DNA of 60,887 nucleotides, the filler included. It is 3 parts of 3 records of this genome, joined end to end, with 100 filler letters (N's around TTAATTAATTAA, not from the genome) between each part and the next. Parts side by side here need not be neighbours in the genome. Positions count along the whole stretch, not along the records: positions 1 to 31,747 come from SRR20825019_457; 2 more parts are not named here. One strand, 5' to 3'. Made by a program: the position numbers and the translations under genes. The notes under the pieces were generated by a model. It was not told the DNA's origin and made no database searches. It saw nothing but the letters and a program-made list of their open reading frames with translations. Shown one piece after another: positions 11,576 to 24,573 of this stretch (the stretch's first letter is position 1; the number at the start of each line of letters is the position of its first letter).

Positions 11576-14500
11576 TTACCACGGGTCTTTGTGGCTGCTA
11601 GTTGATGAGTGGATGTGTGTGGGACACCAGGGCCCCGCTGCCTATTGTGGTTAGATCTCGTTTTAAGGCACAACAACCGACAAAATACCTTGCTAGCGCT
11701 CGCAGTCTTCTTGACGGCTGGTGCCTGATGGGCAGGTCGAGCAAGGGTTGCCACCCGCGGAACATTTGCAGCTGGTCGGGTGGTCCTCGGCACGCTTCCT
11801 GACCGGCTCTTGGTGCCTCGAGGTCCAGGGCCAACGCTTGACTGCCGTCCTTGCCGACCGCTATCGTTCGATCCTGCAGCGGGGGGGCTCCGGCTGTTAC
11901 GGAGGCGCGCGGGAATATTTGCTGCACGGAAGTCGCTCAAGGTGGTTTCCACTCCTTGCCGGCTGTAAGTACACCCGGGTGTCAGTGTCGCCCCAACACC
12001 ACCGCACCAGCACTGCATTCTTACTTGGCTTGACCAAACATATCCTCAGCTCGCAGCGACTCAATGGACCTTCGGGCCACCTCAAGTCGACTGTGAATAT
12101 TATCCGCGGAGTACTCATCGCCAAGCCTCTTGGACGCCATTCCCTCCACCATCTGGCGGAATCGATTCGTGCCAATCGACTCTGGGTCGCTATCCTCAAC
12201 GGTAATTGTGGTGCCCATGTTCCGGCCCTCCTCCATGAATTTGCTGGCATTCTTCTGCACCCTCTCCTCAATACGCTGTGCCGCTCTTGCTCGTGAAGAC
12301 TCGCTTGCCTACAAAGTAAAATTAGCAGTCGAATACGCAACATCGGAGCATTATCACAACATGCCTGGGGGGTGGAGGCAATCTGGGCCTCTGTTGTCAC
12401 TAGGCTGTCGATGGGTTCACTCACTCGTTGAATCGTAGGCGGAGAATTGATTTTCAGATCCGGGTGGAGTTGATCAGCCTCAACCGCTTCATTGTGCCCC
12501 ATTATCTTGTTGACTATAAGCTCACTCGCGTTGGCGCTGACGTTGAACCTGCGAGGGCCATTCATGGTGTGAAGCGCATGTGCAACAGTTGACTTCTCAT
12601 GAGTGGCAATGGGCGAGCGCGGCGCCTTGATCCCGCTGGCTTCGGCAAATGTACGCGCGACCGGAGAAACGGGCTGAGAACAAAACAACGGGTCAAAATA
12701 CACGGTAGCGGGGCGCTGCTAATCCCCACCTTTTCCAAGAGCGCCTTGAACTCCGCCGCCTGTCTCCTCTCCTTCTCCAGCAATGCCCTCTGCTGGGCCT
12801 CGGCCTCTTGTTGTCGCATCGCCTCCGCGTGCATTTCCTCCAGTCTCAATCGCTCACGCACTTTCTCTTCCTCAGCCTTCGCCATCTTCTCTAGACGCTG
12901 CGACACGTCCTGCTGCATATCCACAGGCAACACCCACGCTTCCTTCGGGGCGGTCAGCAAGCTCCCCTCACGTGGTGGCGCGTCGCTTAGCCGGGACGCA
13001 TCACGTGAGGCATCACGAGACATCGACTGGGACTGGGATTGCATCATCATTTCCCGCATTATTCTCTTGTTTTCCAACAGTTCTTGTGAGACGTCTTCGT
13101 ATCGTTTGTTCGCCTCCTCCATGTGTGCTTTGAGGAGCTCATAGGTCTTGTTCTGCTCTACCTCCGAGTCACGCCTCATCCTGTTCACACAAACATAAGA
13201 ATGCATCTCCCATAGACCCCAATCACGCACCTTTCGATCTCGTGTTGAATTTCCGCTACACGCTCACTTTCAATGCGCTTGCTCTGTCGCTGCTGTGTCC
13301 TAGCATGGAGGACATTCTCCTTTTCATCCGCAGATTCATCATCGTTGATACTCGATACCTGATTTAGGGTGATTATCAGGAGCCAACGATCGCGCTGAAC
13401 ACACCACCATACCTCATCCATTTGGCGGGAAAGCTCATTGTCAATGGATCGAATTTCGCTGATGAGACTCTGCACAGGGCCATAAGCCTACTCATCTTCA
13501 TTTGGGCAAGCATGCCATTCTCACCTGCCGATGGCCTTCCCTGTTCTTCGGCTGCTTCCCGGAAGATCTCCGTTCACGCCGGGCACCCTCCTCACCAGAA
13601 AATGCGTCCAATTCACCCATAAACTGCTGGTCCATATCGAGGCCACCTTCGGTGGATTCCACAATGCCGCTCTTCAGACCCATATGCAGCATGTGACGAA
13701 CTTGCTTGCGCAGCTTGTCGTTTTCATCGGCCTTCTCCCTCAGCTGCATCTCCGCTGAGTGCACGACGCTATTCAGCTCCTCACTGTGAACAGAGTCCTG
13801 CAATCACGTCAATGCGAGCCCGCCATGATAAGCCTCTTCCTTACTTTACGCAAAATCTCCGAACGAAGCGTGTCTTCAAGGTTGACGATGTTGCTCTTTT
13901 CATTGACCACCTGGTCACGAAGCATGCTCATAGACTCCTCCATAGACTCCATAATCTCGCGGGACTTATCCTTCTCATTCTTTAGGATTTCACACTCCAA
14001 AACTGACTTGTTCAGGTCCGCACGGCTCCGATCGAGCTCTGCATTAAGGCGAGATGTCTGGTTTGGCTCACCATTAGAACATGTGCAGAAGCAGCATCCC
14101 GTGAAAATATTCCCATTACCTCTGCAACAGCCTGATCTTTCGATCGGATGAGCTCCTCACTCTGCTTATTGAAGATCTCACGGTCATTCTTCAGAGTGTC
14201 TTGCAAGCTCGACACCTCCCTTTCCACCTCTCGTTTGTATACATCCATCTCAGCCTCCTTACGAGCAACTGGGACAACCTTGCGTAAGCACACAGAGACC
14301 AACAGCAGGCAGAACAACGCTCACGTGACGCAGTCAGTTCCTTGATCTCCTGATCCTTGCTGCTTAATTTCTCCAGAAGGGATGTGACCTCTGAATTCAG
14401 GCGCTTGATTTCCTTCCGGGACTCGTCAAGGGCATTGGCCTCTCGTTGAAGCCGGTCACGCTGCTCTTGCGCCTCTTTCAAGGAGGCATATAGGCCGGTC

Positions 14501-16192
14501 AACTCATTCTTGGATTCGTTCAACTGTTCCTTGAGCAACTCCACGTCCCGGTCCTTGTATCTTCCGGCAAGCCTTTCTTCGGAAAGAGCCCTGACCTTGC
14601 CATTGAGCTCAGCAATCTGCACAATTCCCATCAGCGCCTCCCCAGTCCGCCCAGTACGGAATCCTACATTGCACCGCGAGTCTTCGAGCTGCTTGTTCAG
14701 GAGGCCGATCTCCGTGTCCTTCTCAGAGATCTTGGTTTTAGCTGCCTCATATTCCATCTTCACAGAATTGAGCTCGCTATCTCTCTCTCTGATGGTAGTG
14801 GCCCACTTGTTCTTTTCCTCTTCCGCAAGTTTGTGCAGCTCCACAAATTGTTTTTCAACCTGGCGATCGTTAGACCTTGACTCGCTGCACAAGGAACTCA
14901 TAGCTACCTCTGCCAATTGGTTTGTCGAGTGAGCCTCCAGCGCTTCAAACTGTGCCTGCTCTACAAGGATTAAGTTGTCTCTCTCATGAACATCCTGTTG
15001 GAGACTAGAAATCCGTTCCTCCAGCTCATTTCGGGTTTTCTCAAACCATGCCCTCTGCGTGTCAAGCTTGGCCTGCAACGCGCATTCGACTAAGAAATCT
15101 TTGTATCACAACTACCTCCTCGGAACACACCTTGTCAGCATCGAGCTCAACAAACTTGGATCGGATCTCTGATTCGATGTTTTCCCAGCGCCCGTCCTTT
15201 TCCTTGAGCTTGCCCTCCTTAGAATCAATCTCCCTCTTCAGCTGCTCCCGCTCGCCATTGAATATCTCTCGGTCAGCTGCGCGATTCTACAGAGCAAACA
15301 TCAATATCACGCTGGGGTCCCAAATATAAGCCTCAACACCTGTTCCAGCTCCAATATCTTCGCCTTGAGCGACTTTTCGGTGGACGTCCATGAGTCCCGC
15401 TGGCTTTCAAACATGCGGTGCCTTGAATCGAGCTCATCCCGCACAGCATCAAGCTTATTCTGATACTGGAGGACCTTTTCCCTTTCAATTTGCAATGCCA
15501 TATTGCTCTGCCGAAGCTCCGCCTCCATGCGTCGGGCAATCGCCTCATCGCTAGACAGAAAATGAATATAATCGCAAAAATCGTTGAAGATTTCTTACCC
15601 TTCCTTCTCCAAACTGCGCGCATCTGCCATGCGAGTCACCTCCTGTCGAAGCTGGTTCACGCCTTCCTTCTCAGAGAGAAGAGCGCTTTGAATAATACTC
15701 GACCCCGCCTCACCCAGCGGCTCCACAATGGGAGGGCGCACAGAGCTGTCTTCCTTCCCATACTGCTGGGACAGAGAGAGCCCGCGCGGGGGCGAGTTAG
15801 CCGCTACTGACGCCGAGAGTAATGGCGTTGTCTTGAACGTAGGGTGCTGCATGCGTGGATAGGTTAGTACGCGCCCCCCTCAGTGTGAGAGCCGACGCAC
15901 CGACGATGACTCCACTCCGGATCTCGATAGGTCAGAGAGGAACGCGCCCGGGCTGGGGAGAGTTATTGCCGGCCTGGCGCCTGTGTGGTGCGAAGGGTCC
16001 ACCACATCGCCGGTTTGCTTGAGTGGCGTAGTTGGTTGCATCCCTCGCACCTCCTCAAGAGTCTTCATATAAGCGGCCGACTCGATGGTCTTTCGCCTAG
16101 TGTTGGGCGACGATGGATCTAACGAGTGGCTGTGTTAGTCTGCGTTAGCAGAAGGGCCAAATAGTGTTCTCACCGGCACCTTCCGAGTTCAT
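11576..16192 (-). CDS. Long multi-exon coiled-coil protein, function unknown
   Basis: A chain of E/K/Q/R-rich minus-strand ORFs; the junctions checked are joined by GT-AG introns with CTAAC/CTGAC-type branch points. ATG at 16192 follows TATAA at 16246-16242. The stop at 11576 assumes a final 47-nt intron; without it the stop is 11545. Confidence 0.72.
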
Positions 16193-17348
16193 TTCCCACC
16201 ATTTGCACGAAGCCTTGAAAGCATCTGTCAAGGGGGCTTCCTTATACAGTGTGTGCACAGCTTATGAGTTCCTGGTGTTTGTTGCATTGCGGAGAAGGAA
16301 TATCCACCCATCAGTAATGAGACTGTGCAGGGTCCGGCGGCCGGGCGCTCCGAGGAGCGGCCGCGTAGCTCCGCGATTGCCATGGAATGCCGGCGGCCCA
16401 ATCGATTGACGACGGTGCCATGGAGCAGCCGTGTGGTCCGGCAGTGGCCAGCGCCACTGGCAGGCGGGCAGCCAGTGAGCGAATGACACGCTCGGCTCAC
16501 TTCGCGCCTGGGCCGGGCGCCGGCCGGGCGGCCCGGCAGGCCGTCCGGTCCGCCGCGCATAGCTGTGTGCCCGGCCCCGCTCCAGTGCCGGCGGCACCGT
16601 GCAGCGCAGGCCGACAGTCAGGGGCCCGGCGCGCGGCGGCTCCGCTCCCGGCGTCCGGCCGGGCCGGCCCCGGCCGCGGAAACTCAAACTTTTTGACATC
16701 CCGCGAAAACTCAACAGCAAGTTTCGAGGACTATCACATCCCCAGTCGAGGAGAGGCCACATGCTTTTTGGTGGAACTTTCTCACGGCCCGGTCGTCGTC
16801 CCCGGCCCGGCCAGCGGCCGGGCCTGACGGCTCACCCCGCGCCCGCCGCCCGGGCCGGGCGGGCCGGGCCTGATTCCGGGGCCGGTCGGCGGACCTAGGG
16901 CGTCCGGCGACGGGGCGTGGCGCGGACTCACGTCCGCGGGCGGCCGGGGCCGGCGTGCCTCCGAGCGTCAGTGGGTCCCGCCGTGACGCAGGCGGTCGTG
17001 GGGCGGCGGTTCAGGGCCCGGCCCGGCCGGCAAGATCTGAATCACGAGGGCCGGTCCGGTCCGACTGGCCCGGCCCCCCCAGCCGGCTGAGGTGCCTGGG
17101 GGGAGGACGAGAAGAGTGACGCTCATCAGGCTGATGAGAACCAAGACTGGGACCGGCAGCGCGTGCGGACCCGAGCGCGGTGTAGGCATGGTGCCAATCG
17201 GCATCGCGGCTTTGAGTGGTAGCGAGGGCACCCTGTAGGCCGGGGGCGAGAATAGCCAACTCCAGCGAGCCGCGGTTGTCCCATCGACGCCCGTACTCAC
17301 TCTGGATATATGGGCGTTTAATTTGTAAACGATGACGGTGCTGTCGCT
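16193..17348. promoter_or_regulatory. Divergent promoter spacer (coiled-coil gene / CysRS-like gene)
   Basis: Very GC-rich GGCC/CCGG arms around an AT-richer core. TATA-like boxes at 16242-16246 (minus) and 17307-17311 (plus). Confidence 0.65.
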
Positions 17349-19784
17349 ATGAACATGGATGACGTTGACCTTGTGCTAGAGCAAGTGAAGGCCGAACCCT
17401 CGGAGGATCTGCCCTCTAGCGTCACGGACACCCCGGCGCTCCGCGTGGGGCCCAGTCTCGATTTCTCAGCCGCACAAGAGCTGCCTCCGCTTAAGGTTTA
17501 CAACTCTCTTACGGGGAAAAAGGTATGTTTGGGCGTGTCATGAATGCCTCGGCCTGCCTCTGACTGTGCGGCCGCCCGCCAGATGGAGTTCAAGAGCTCA
17601 GCCCCAAACCGTGTCTCCTGGTACTGCTGCGGGCCCACCGCTCTTAACACTCTTAGCATAGATCAGGCGAGGTACGCGGTACAGCGCACTAGTGCATCTG
17701 CATGTGATCCTGATTCGAGCTCTAGGACGTTCCAGGTGTTTGATTCGATTCGCTGTATTTTAGAGACAACCTTTAGACTAGACTTGTTTTTCGTGATGAA
17801 TATCACAGACGTAGACGACGAGATCGCTAGCACCGCCGCGAAGATTCACCAGGACGAAATTGAGTTTGCAAGGGGAGTGGAGGAACTCCTCTCAGCACAG
17901 TTTAAGCGGCTGTGCATTCAGCCACCCCATGTTATGACTCGCGTCTCTGAGTTTATCCCGGAGATTATAATGTTCTGCGAGAGACTGATCGAGAACTCGG
18001 TGGCATATGTTGTGAACGGGAGGGATGTGTATTTCGATACAAAAGCTTTTGCTGAGAAAGGATACAAACTAGGGAAGCTTCATGACGATGGGCGGCCCAC
18101 AAGCTCGCCTCCATCACCTGGGGCCGAGTGGCGCGGCGGGAAACGCTCTCCGGCGGACTTCTTGCTGTGGCGAACCTGCATCAACCCACAGAAAGAGCGC
18201 TGTTGGGACTCGCCTTGGGGCAATGGCCGCCCGGCGTGGAACGTGCAGTGCAGTACCATGGCTGCCCAACTTCTCGGGAAGAACCTGGACCTCCACAGTG
18301 GCGGATGCAATCTGCGGTCGCCCCATCATGAGAACTCTATGGCGCAGTGCGAGGCGTTCTTCGAGCAGGAGCAGGTATGGGCATCGCCCGGTTGATTCGG
18401 GCAAGGACTGATATGAACTATAGTGGGGGACAAATTATCTTCATGTTGGAAAGACCTCCATTGCACCGGACTTCAGGCTTGATCTTGAGGGTGTTCTGAA
18501 TAACTACGGCTGTAGGGTCTTCCGCATTTTTGTGCTTTCGCATCCATATGGCAATGATGTGGTCCTCGACGAGAACCAGCTGATCATGGCCAAAGAAACA
18601 GACAAGAGCTTCTGCCACTTCTTTGAAAAGTCGCATGCTCGCATTCGCAGCGCTGGGAAGCAAGCTGCGCAGAAACATAGGTTAGATGCAAGGCTTGGGG
18701 GTCGGGGTTGTATGATGACGTCAAGTGCATTTAGGTGGTCACAACAAGACAAGGACATATATGCCAGTGTGTTGCGGGCACGAGGAGCAATCGAGCGATT
18801 TTTGAGGTGCGTTTGCTAGGAAGAATTGCTGAGTAATAGGCTGACATATCGCATGGTTGTAGAGACAACTTTGACACTCCCAACGTGCTCATGCAGCTCT
18901 CGTTTATCGCCAAGTCAGTCCACGTGTACATGCTCGACAAGAAGAATCAACCAAAGGTGGATGGAAGTGCGCCGATGCTCACACAAATCCTCTTCTTACC
19001 CATCTGCAGGTACATCTGTTGGAGCTCATCCGAAACTATATCCATTTTACTCTCACCGGATTGGGATTGCATTACCAAAAGGCACAGGATACCTGTTCTT
19101 GCAGTACGTGGGAGGGTATGTGGTCCTGCCGGGTTTTATTGATGCTCGGCTTTGTTGCAGCTGAGATTGAGAAGGGCAAGGCAACCCTTGAAGAGAAAGG
19201 AAAACAGAAATCCAAACAGAAAGCAGCGGAAAAAGCGGCAGTGGAACACAAGAAGTTTTCGGACAAGAAGCAGGTGAAAACATTTTGGTGCTGCAAACCG
19301 AAGAGAGAATTGATGTGTATCGATGCAGAATTTTGTGGATGAGATTACCAAGGTGCACATGCCGAGGAAGTACAATCCTGTCAGGGTCTTGGTCAAGTTT
19401 AGGGAGAGGGTTCGGCAGGCGGCCCTTGCTGGTGAGTGTGGCAGCTAGCATGGCTCAACATGATGGCAGGGGCTCAATTGAGGTTCAGATAATACGGATA
19501 GTGAGCTTAAGAAAGAAATTCTGGGTATGTGTGACAAGGTAACGGAAACCTGCATTGCGGAGTTGGGTGTTGCCATTGAAGATAAAGAAAAGAAGTCGAC
19601 TTGGAGACAGGTTTGTGTGGGACACGGTGAATCCGATCATGTGCTGAACGAAATACAATAGGTGAGGGATATTCCTCCCGAGGTGATGCACAGTTTGTAT
19701 GTAGGTCTCCAAGAGAGCAAGAATCTGGCCGACCAGGAGAAGAAACGGGGCGGACAAGACGAAAAGAAGCGAGAGAGTAAATGA
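17349..19784 (+). CDS. Cysteinyl-tRNA synthetase paralogue with degenerate catalytic motifs (about 10 introns)
   Basis: Colinear with eukaryotic CysRS: LKVYNSLT, WYCCGPT, MNITDVDD, TRVSEFIPEII, VYFDT, KRSPADFLLW, SPWGNGRP, PHHEN, DNFDT, ELGVAIED. The HIGH and KMSKS motifs are absent. Confidence 0.85.
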
Positions 19785-19841
19785 TTGCCAGTGATGTGGC
19801 GTTTCCGCTAAGTCTTAGACAATGATTTGTTGTGACGAAAT

Positions 19842-22800
19842 TTAATCATCATCATCCTCAAACTCGTCAGCTTCATAGGATTCATCGCTTCCTTCGGGTT
19901 CGGAAGGGCTGTCCCCCTCGTCAAGTGGGATCTGGTCCTCCTTGACCAAGCGGTACCACTCCAAGAAGTCATCGAGGTCTACGGATCGGCCGCTTAACAG
20001 GCTGCTGCGGTCATATCCCTCCACACCGAGGTCAACAACAAGACTCTTCAGTTGCACGACACTAATAGTTCTGCTCATGTTCTTGTCATATTTTGCAAAT
20101 GCTTGCTTGACAGCAATCTCCTCATCCCGAGAAAATCCCCCAGACTTTGGAACTTGGTCCTTATCATGATTGAATGCGTTCACATACCAAAGCAAAAAAT
20201 CATTCAGCATGACGATGCCGCCCGACGACTCAAGCGCCGAAAAGTCATGGTGGTCCATCCTCAAGTCTTGAACCAGAGTCGAAAGGTCAGAGGAAGGGAT
20301 GCTCCTCGATCTATCACGGTCATAAAATGCAAATGCCCGCTTCGCCTTTAACTCCACATCTTTAGGAAGCGGTTCTGATAAGGGAGGTGCTTTGGGCAGG
20401 GTGTTGATACTCCCTAGTAGTGACAGCTCCGCCTGTTTGCTGACAGCCTCCTTAACGGAGCCATCGGCCACACCCTCGTACCAGGCCAAAAAATCATCCA
20501 GTTCAACAACACCATCAGCCCGAATAAGGTCCGAAGTCGAGAACTCCTCGCATCCCAAATCACCAACAAGATCCGGCAAATGCTTCACATCGATGGCTCT
20601 TGAGCGCTCGATGTCGTAGCGGGCGAAAGCTCTCTTGGCATTGAGTTCCTCCTGGTGACCGAACTTGGTTGGGGGCTTCATCTTTAACTGGGCCATGTTA
20701 CCGAGCATGGTGTTAGCTGCAGTCACCATCGCAACCTTCTCTGCCGTTCCATCCAAAACACGCCGGTACCACGCCAAAAACTCATCAAGGTTCACCACAT
20801 CAGCGGAACGCAGGGCCATTGTGTCAAAGTCCTTCGAGACGTCTAGTTCTTGCAAGACAGCATCTAGATCCTGCGTGGGGATTGTCCTGCTGCGCTCACG
20901 GTCGTATTTCGCAAATGCTCGTTTGGCCTTCAGCTCCCTTTGCCTCGCCTCATCAAGGTTTGAGTTTCGGTTCGCCTGGACAGGGGCTCCTTGATCTGCC
21001 TTCAAACTCTGAGGAATTTGCCCCATCATCACGTCGGCGGCCGCCGTCATTGCGGGTGGCGGCTCTTGTGTCACCTTAGGTGCCTCTTTCACCTTCAAGG
21101 TATCAGGTATTCTGTTCAGCAGCACCTCCGCGGCAATCTCTGCCGGTGTTTGCTTTTGCTTCCTCATGAGGGCGCCGTACCACTCCAAGAAGTCCTGGTA
21201 TTCGACATACGCCCCAACGTGAAGATCCCTTGCGTCATCTTCACTGAGTCCGAGGTCACCCAGAAGATTCGCAAAGTGCACGATGCTCACCTGGCGGTTT
21301 CGCTCGACATCATAAGACGAAAACGCGCGCTTGGCCCGCTGTTCTTGCTCTAGGCTCAGTCCTGGTATTCTTGGAGTCTCCGGGCGCAGAGACCTGGCTG
21401 GTTCAGCCGCATCGCTTCCACCACCTCCCCTCGTTGTTTCCGGAGCATCATTAGGCCCGCGAATTCTCTCCACATCGTTGGGTGAGCCTGATGATCCCAA
21501 TGGCGTCGCCAATCCCTTCGACACACTGCGAAGCGAACTCAAATCGACCTCATCGAGTATCTTGGAATTTCTCCGGCTGTAGTTGATGCCTTCGCTCTTC
21601 ATCGCCTCGAGGATGTGAGGTTTCTCATCCAAGTTTGAGGCAGTTTCGTCATCCGACAGGTCTAGTTTGATGTCCTCTTGCTTGATATTCTTCAGGACTT
21701 CGACTGCTCCGTGCACGTCAACATTGGATACTGAGCGGTAGAAATCAGACAAGATGCGCTGTCGCTTGAATTTGTCAGCAGAGGATAACGAGGAGAAAAT
21801 ATCTTTCCCGGCCTTGTACACCTCCTTCCTCATCTGTGTTCTGACCATGTCCGAGTTGCTGCGCAGAGCCTTCTTCCTCTTGTGACGCTCCGCTCTGATC
21901 TCCTCCATTCGCGCTTCCATCTCCTCTTGAACTCTTTTCCGCTCAGCAGCGCGCTGCTCGTTCAACTTACGCCGGGTGTTCCACATATCACTGATCCACC
22001 CGTCGCGTCTCTCATCAGGGCGGTACGATACAATGTTCCCGCTGAAGTGTTGGCTACTGGCTTCTTCCAGCCTATCCCTAGAGTTGAGACTGCATTAGTG
22101 ATTTGGCCAAGACCGTTTGAACATGACCTACTTATAGGTGTACAATGGTTGTACTCTCTCAATCAGCTGCTGCTTCATCTTGGGATGTTGCCTCTTCCTG
22201 TTGATACGAATGAACTTCCAGTGGGGATGCTCATTCTGGGTTTCGCCAGTCCTGAGATTCATGTACTCCTTCTGACCAGAAAATGGATCTACTTGCGGAA
22301 TCTTATCGAAGGCAAAGTTAGCGTCATCAATCATATTTTCGTTCGCGCAAAGCATCATACCCAGTCATCTTTGAGAGGTTTCTTGAGCAAATATCGCGTC
22401 ATATTCTCGTTCCACATCTTGTAACTTCCCTCGATACGTTTTTTCTCCGCCATAATCTCAGTGTCAATACGCTCCGCCTGCTTAATGAGAAAATAGGAGT
22501 TGATGAACTTGCTCTCCTCCTGCTTGAAATCTTCACGGAAAGAGTCCATCGCGTTCTGCCACCGTAGCCTGTCCATCCGTGTGGCTTGGATGCGCTATAG
22601 CAACTAGTCAGGATTTTTCATATTTTCTCGCGACAAATAAAAAGTCTTACCGCCATCATGGAAGAAAAGAACTTCTTTTTCTTAGACATTAGATTTCTCA
22701 TCGCGCGTTGAATCATAATGATCGCGTCACGTATCTTCTTGGTATATTGTTTAGCTTTGTACATCCGCCACGTCTTTTGTATATCCACCGCAGCCTCGAA

Positions 22801-24573
22801 CTGGGCGCGCTTTCTTTCCGTCAACAAAATCTCAAGTGGATTATCCCTCATTTTCTTCAAAATCTTCATATACTCTACTTGCGCATCTTCTGACTTCTCC
22901 TTGTTTTGGGCCACCGTCATGAGATCCTCAAAAAACACACGGTTGTTGTGCTCCGCGTACAACTTGGCCGACCTGTACATTCTGATTCGGAATCTCAACC
23001 AATCCTTGACCTTCTGCTCCAGGGTTCTTCTCTTGACAGCCTCGACGATAAGCTTGTGGAATCCGGCCCTGTTGAAGTAGTTTCGCCACGTTCGTTGAAT
23101 GATACTCGCGCATGTATTCCGGAACCTTTCGTACGCCAACGCTTTGTCGCGTTCCGCCCTCTCCTTCCTCTTGATCTCAAGAAACCGCCGGATGTGTTTT
23201 CTGAACTCTGCGAACTTTCGCTCCTGAACCCGCCTCATCAGTTCCCCAACCTTCATTTCGTGAAACCTTTTCTGGATCTTTCTTTCCTCTAGCGCCTCCC
23301 ATAGCCGTTTCCGAGCCTGGCGGGCCCGCACAATCGCCTGGATTTTCTTGGTTGACTCAATCACCTTCTCAGTGACTTCCACAAAGGTTGTTTTCAGCCT
23401 GGCTCTTGTCTCCGTGTGATGCTTCCCATCTAGCTCCCCCCCAAAATATTCTTCCCTGTCAATTATCGCCTGCATTCCACCTGTCACCGCAGCGCCGGTC
23501 TGGAGCACCTCCTGCTCCTTCTTCGCCACAACCGCGCTCTCCGAGGCTTTTTTGGGCTTCTTCCTCGTATTGACAAACGCATCGGCCGTCGGCGGCCGGC
23601 CCCTTTCAGCCGGTGCCCCCGCCATGTACTGAACCTTCTTGAGAAACTCAGGATCCTCCAATTCCTTCAGAACGCGCTGGAATTCCGCCGCGGCGTCCAT
23701 GAGCTGCTTGGTCAAGACCTGCACAGGCTTGTTCATCGTCTCCACTTTTCCCTTGGTGCCCTCCAGCTGCGCCATAGCCTTCTGACGCATAGACGCCAGC
23801 TGATTCTTCCACGTGTCTGCATCGAGACCTTTCCCGAGCATTTGCTTAACATCGGTCAAAGGCCCCGCCGACTTGTGCGGAGACATCCTGACCAGCCCAG
23901 GGGCAACACTTTGTGAAAGATGAAGGGTATTCATCCTCTTTTCCTCCTCGATTTCATTTAAAGCAAGAACATCGTCGGCAAACTGCACCGCGCCTAGATC
24001 AGCAATCGCATCAAGGTTGGACCTCTTCAACTGCTTCAAGAGCTCGACCTCCCGTCCACAGCGCCACTCCTCGCGGAACTTGCACTCCAGTAACAGCTGG
24101 CCTAGTGTTCTGCTATCTACCACCTCGGACCCGCTCTTTACATCCTGCAATAGACGGAAGTCATGCGCACGACCAAGCGAGCACCGCATCAGCTCGTCAA
24201 AGCTCGCCTTAACCTGCATCTTCTTCTGGTACTTGGGAATCACGGTATTAGCCATGTTATCGTCGCCCCAGCCTTCCATCCCCACGCCCACGCGACTCGC
24301 GGGCCACTGTTCTTTCTGTGCCCCTTTGTTGTTAGGAGTGGCAGTTGGTGGATTGGGCGCGTACATCACACGTTCCCCGACCTTAACCGGGGCATGCTTC
24401 TCTGTAGCATTCACTAACTTGCTGTGTCTGCTTAACCCAGCGCTCCGGACCCTCTTTTGGCCCTTAACGCGGCCGATGCGGTGTGCGGCCCCCTGATAGA
24501 AAAACAACATTTCCTCCCCCTTGCCGTCAGCTCGCGTCCCGCCTGGCCGGCGGGGCGGCTTTGAGGCACTCAT
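19842..24573 (-). CDS. Large protein with IQ motifs, a WW domain and five EF-hand-like repeats, 3 introns
   Basis: ORFs 22618-24630, 22355-22576, 22128-22358 and 19842-21986 join in frame via GT-AG introns. IQ motifs IQAIVRARQAR, IQRTWRNY, IQKTWRMY and IQRAMRNL. Spliced WW-like PLKDDWIPQVDPFSGQKEYMNLRTGETQNEHP. An alternative ATG lies at 24630. Confidence 0.8.

Noticed and set aside
11576-16192. Stop-codon reassignment, frameshifting or non-canonical introns as the cause of fragmented ORFs
   Set aside because: Every break I checked resolves with a short GT-AG intron, and TAA, TAG and TGA all serve as terminal stops.
16228-17300. Pro/Arg/Gly/Ala-rich ORFs in the GC islands (also 25041-25636 and 60196-60731)
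   Set aside because: Stop codons are rare at this GC content, several frames are open at once, and none looks protein-like.
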